Origin: Trichinella spiralis
Taxonomy: Eukaryota
DNA length: 59,368 nt
NCBI RefSeq assembly: GCF_000181795.1
Contig: NW_003526944.1
Location: forward strand, 801,383 to 860,750
Direction: 5' to 3'
Both the position numbers and the translations under genes were made by a program. Shown here piece by piece: positions 55,705-59,368 of the stretch. How positions within the stretch are numbered: position 1 is the first letter of the stretch; each line of letters opens with the position of its first letter. Below the pieces are notes generated by a model. The model saw only the letters and a program-made list of their open reading frames with translations, did no database searches and was not told the origin of the DNA.

Positions 55705-56120
55705 TATAACGCATTCTCCGTCACAGTAGGCGACTCAGCCTCCGCCTTATTGTTCTCGTCCGGGCCGTCACCGTCTGCGTTGACCTTACGGCCGCCCATT
55801 TTCCTTGAGGAAGACATCTAGCCTGATTGAATCACAAAACAAACCCCAGACAATCGTTTCGAACGTTTATTCCACCGAGCAATTAGCAACCGCCACAACA
55901 AATCACAACTAGACCGATCTGGAACAACATTCGCCCACGCACGCACACATTCGCCCACGTCACGTGCCTACCGTACTCCGCCTTGAATCTTCAACTTTAA
56001 ACTATACTACTGTATACGAGTGCAACAGCGACGTGGTTCGTGATCAGTTCCGTATTTCCTCCTCTTCTTCCGTTGACTATGGGAATAGAGCAGATGTCAT
56101 CAGTTAGCCGGGCCGTTACA
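55705..56120 (-). mobile_element. Candidate solo LTR (416 bp)
   Basis: GC-rich island in AT-rich flanks. Ends are TATAACG...CGTTACA, a 7-bp terminal inverted repeat one change from TGTAACG. AATAAA on the minus strand at 55871-55866 and an internal repeat ACATTCGCCCACG x2. No clean target-site duplication. Confidence 0.55.
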
Positions 56121-56774
56121 ATAGGAATGAAACGAACGTGAATACAAACTAATTTTCCACAAAAATGAAGGTATGTATTAATAAATCGTGCATATTACAG
56201 ATAAAGGTTATGCGCTTAAGGTGCAAACCATTGTTTAAACGCGTTCCACATCACATCTGCATACTGAACAGTTCTACAGTAAGCGTAATAATGAAGTTCG
56301 AACTACAGTACATTTTTGAAATCAATAAATTGCATTTTTGAATTTCACAATTACAGTTCAGTTTTATTTTAAAAATATCAATGCTGAAGTAAATTATTTA
56401 ATAAATTATACTTAGCACGATTTAAAAATTGTTTTTATAGGCATTTTGAAATCAGAGTTTTAACTCGTGAAATTTCGGATGAGCAAAACATTAACGAATC
56501 TTAATAACTGAATTGTTTATATTACTATGATTGTTACCACAATGATGGATGAATAATTCATTTTAGTTTTTTACGAAGTATTGACTATTTATTGTTTATT
56601 GATCATCATTTATTGCGAAAAGTTTTTTCAAAAAATTCAACTACTTTTATTGCAATTCTATTCCGTTGCCTGTTTCTTATGACATAACCTATTTCGTGTT
56701 TATTCTTTTGTTCTTGTTTTATTTTATTTTGTATTCTATTCTAATACAAATTTTCCATGGTAGAGAAAAATCAA

Positions 56775-59250
56775 AGTTTTGAGAAGCTGATTTGGTTAAA
56801 GTCAGTGATGTTCCATTGATAGTTTATAAGTTTTCAAATCAACGCCATACTAGCTCAGTGCCCTAATTCACGCTTAGTAAACACACGTCCATTTCCAGGT
56901 AACTTTATGATAATTTGACGATGAACACTGCCGATGGCATTCTACCGAAAGCATTATGTGCCATTCAAATCAGAAGTGATTTCCTATATGTAAAACTGTT
57001 TTCATTATGAGCAGGCAATTGTTATATAATTATTTGCTGACGAATATTGGCCTAACTGCTGCTTTAGGTAATTTGCTCATTTTTGTTGCTTCACATTCAC
57101 ATATCCGTTGAGAATATTGGAATGCAGATACGATCAAACAACTACCATCAGTTGGACAGTTTCACGGATCTACGTTTGTTTCATTCCTCATCACCAGTAT
57201 GCCATTTCTCAGGTAGGAAGTTTTACGTATATGCGGGTTTTTCTTTACCTTTTTTGTATCTTTCATATACTTTTCGCATACACACTGCGTCAATCATGGC
57301 CAGGTTTATCAATTCTAATAACAGTTCAGTTGCAACTTTTTCATTTCAAAATAAAACTTTCTCATCACGATATGGCTGCAGCATCAGCTGATACTTAACA
57401 CTTTTCATTCGCTTTACAGGGCTGCTTCTGATTGACAGATCAAATTTGTTTTGCGCTAAATGTTCCCTTCCACTTTAGACCGTTGATAATATCACTATTA
57501 CACAGCACTGTCTTAAAACTAGTGCTGAAGAACCCTATGAGGTCACTTTATTAGGAAGAACGCGGATACATATAAATGCATTTCTTTCCCATCATTGAGA
57601 AAATACCTTCTTCACTATAACAGATGTACTTCCCAGATGTAAAATACTGATAAATAAAAAAACAACCTCTCAATCTTATGCGTGAGGATTGTGTGAAGGA
57701 AAGCAGTAGATATTCTAACAGCATTTACTTCTTTCATACGGGTGTTTGTTCTTCCTGCATTCTCCTCTTTCTTCTGCGACTACAACGTTGTGTTTTCTGA
57801 TTGACGATGCTAATCAGTGTCCTTAAAAGCTCAAAGAACAACATGGATAGCCATAATCTGTAGGAAATTCCCAAACTTGCCCCTGCTTTCAGATGAAAGG
57901 AGAGCGCTGGAATGTTGTGGATTTGATTAAATAATAATGTTCTTTTTGGGAAACGTTCACAGCGATACGGGCGATTAATTTATCTTACTATAGCCATCAA
58001 TTGAATTAAAGTACGCTATTTTGCTGTTCAGTAATAATTAATATTTGCTTATTTAACGTGTTTATTATGTCTTTGCTTTCTTAAAATCAAATAGTTCGTG
58101 GATTATCATCATCATTTTATTGGCTTTTTAATTTATTTAGCTTTCAATTAAGACCAAATGTACGGCTATTTGAATGTATTTTCCATTTGTATGCAGTGTT
58201 GAATACCACGCTGCTCAATAAGCATAAAATGTAATAGATGGCCGTAAAAATTAAATGCTGATGCTATGAAATAACTTGACTCAGTACAAATTAATGGGCT
58301 AATGCATTGTATCTGATCGAATTTTTCAAGTAATCGAACTGTAAGTTCAGGAAAATCAATTCCGTGGTTCTAGAAAAGCGCTAAAAAATATTTAATGCTG
58401 TGTAGAGAATTGAAAACAGTACTGTGTCACATTTAAGTATGTAAATTTTGAATATTCCGCAATCGACGATTTTTTGAGAAATTTGGCGAAATTGATACTA
58501 TTGGAATTTGACATTTTTAGAAGAGAAAAACCGATGCAATACACGAGAGTTGAATTTAAATTTGCCAATTTTGACTAATTTTTATCTTTGAAGAGCAATT
58601 AATCAAACAGTTGCGAAAATGAGAATTTTAATTTTTAACGATTCTGTAATCCATAACCGAAAATCAAGAGCAATTGCTATTTAAATAAAGCACTGTTCTT
58701 TGTGGTTATTCTTCATTTTTCACATGTAAATCTTTACAGAATGATATATTGTTCATATAGATGTAACCCCTATTTTTTATGCCGTTTTGTTATTCCCCTT
58801 ATAATCCTATTTTGTTTTACTTTTTTGTCAATATCTCGGGAAATACGCAATGAAGAAGAGCATGAATAAATTTGCATAAATTCGGAACTTTTTCCTGACC
58901 CATGTATACAGATATTAGTAATTTTCAGTGAAAAATATATTTCTCGACAATTTCAAAATTTCATGGGTAGCAGACTTCGTTGTTTTTAGAGGAACGACCG
59001 AAACTTCATTTTAAAAATCTTAGTTTTCTTTTTTGGTATGAATTAAATGTGGAATGTTCTAGTGTTATGTAGAGTTTCATCCAAAAAAGTTTACAATTTG
59101 GGGTATAAATGTACTCTAAATTCGGTACACTGCTTACCGTAATGCACAGGAATGTTGAACATCTGTAAATCTCTTACTGCTGAAACAGGGACTTCCAATT
59201 AATGCACATAAAACATTTATCACCTCGATTGCATTAGTTTTCTATTGATT
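56775..59250 (-). mobile_element. Highly decayed probable RTE-clade LINE (endonuclease-RT remnants)
   Basis: Minus-strand peptide remnants in the expected order: DVQHSCALR (59163-59137, like the endonuclease end DV..TRAMR), KLIARIAVN (57981-57955, like GKILARILLN), SEAAL* (57431-57414, like SEE.LQ after YADD), AHNAFGRM (56961-56938). Many stops and frameshifts; boundaries are approximate. Confidence 0.5.
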
Positions 59251-59368
59251 CATCTCCTGTTAGCAATAAGTTGAAGTGAATTTCTCCACATATTACTGTT
59301 AAAAATTTATTAAAACATGCTTTTCTTAACGTATTCCTCGCAACTTTCATCATTCCTTAAAATAAGCA

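Overview
AT-rich, intron-dense eukaryotic DNA with short introns (mostly about 50-100 nt). Gene content and protein similarity point to a nematode, most likely a clade I Trichinella-like species; this is inference, as no search was run. Spliced genes I could reconstruct, in order: caveolin (+), ELAV/Hu RNA-binding protein (-), COA1 (-), VPS26 (+), MON2 (+), a TRPM channel (-), an SLC16/MCT-type MFS transporter (-), a small secreted protein resembling nematode ML/MD-2-like proteins (+), SPARC (-), ATG7 (+), DHX35 (+), a CYLD pseudogene (+) and CTNNBL1 (-). The right end is an accessory region with a candidate solo LTR and two decayed copies of a probable RTE-type LINE. A 0.9 kb duplication around the N-gap is probably an assembly artefact. 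I cannot show a wholly new biological system. The best leads are a putative VPS26-MON2 endosome-to-Golgi operon, a half-decayed CYLD in a repeat-flanked block, a CACGTG cluster at the transporter's 5' end, a CpG-rich ATG7 3' exon next to DHX35, and two intronic snoRNA-like structures. Family assignments come from remembered conserved motifs, and exon boundaries were read by eye.
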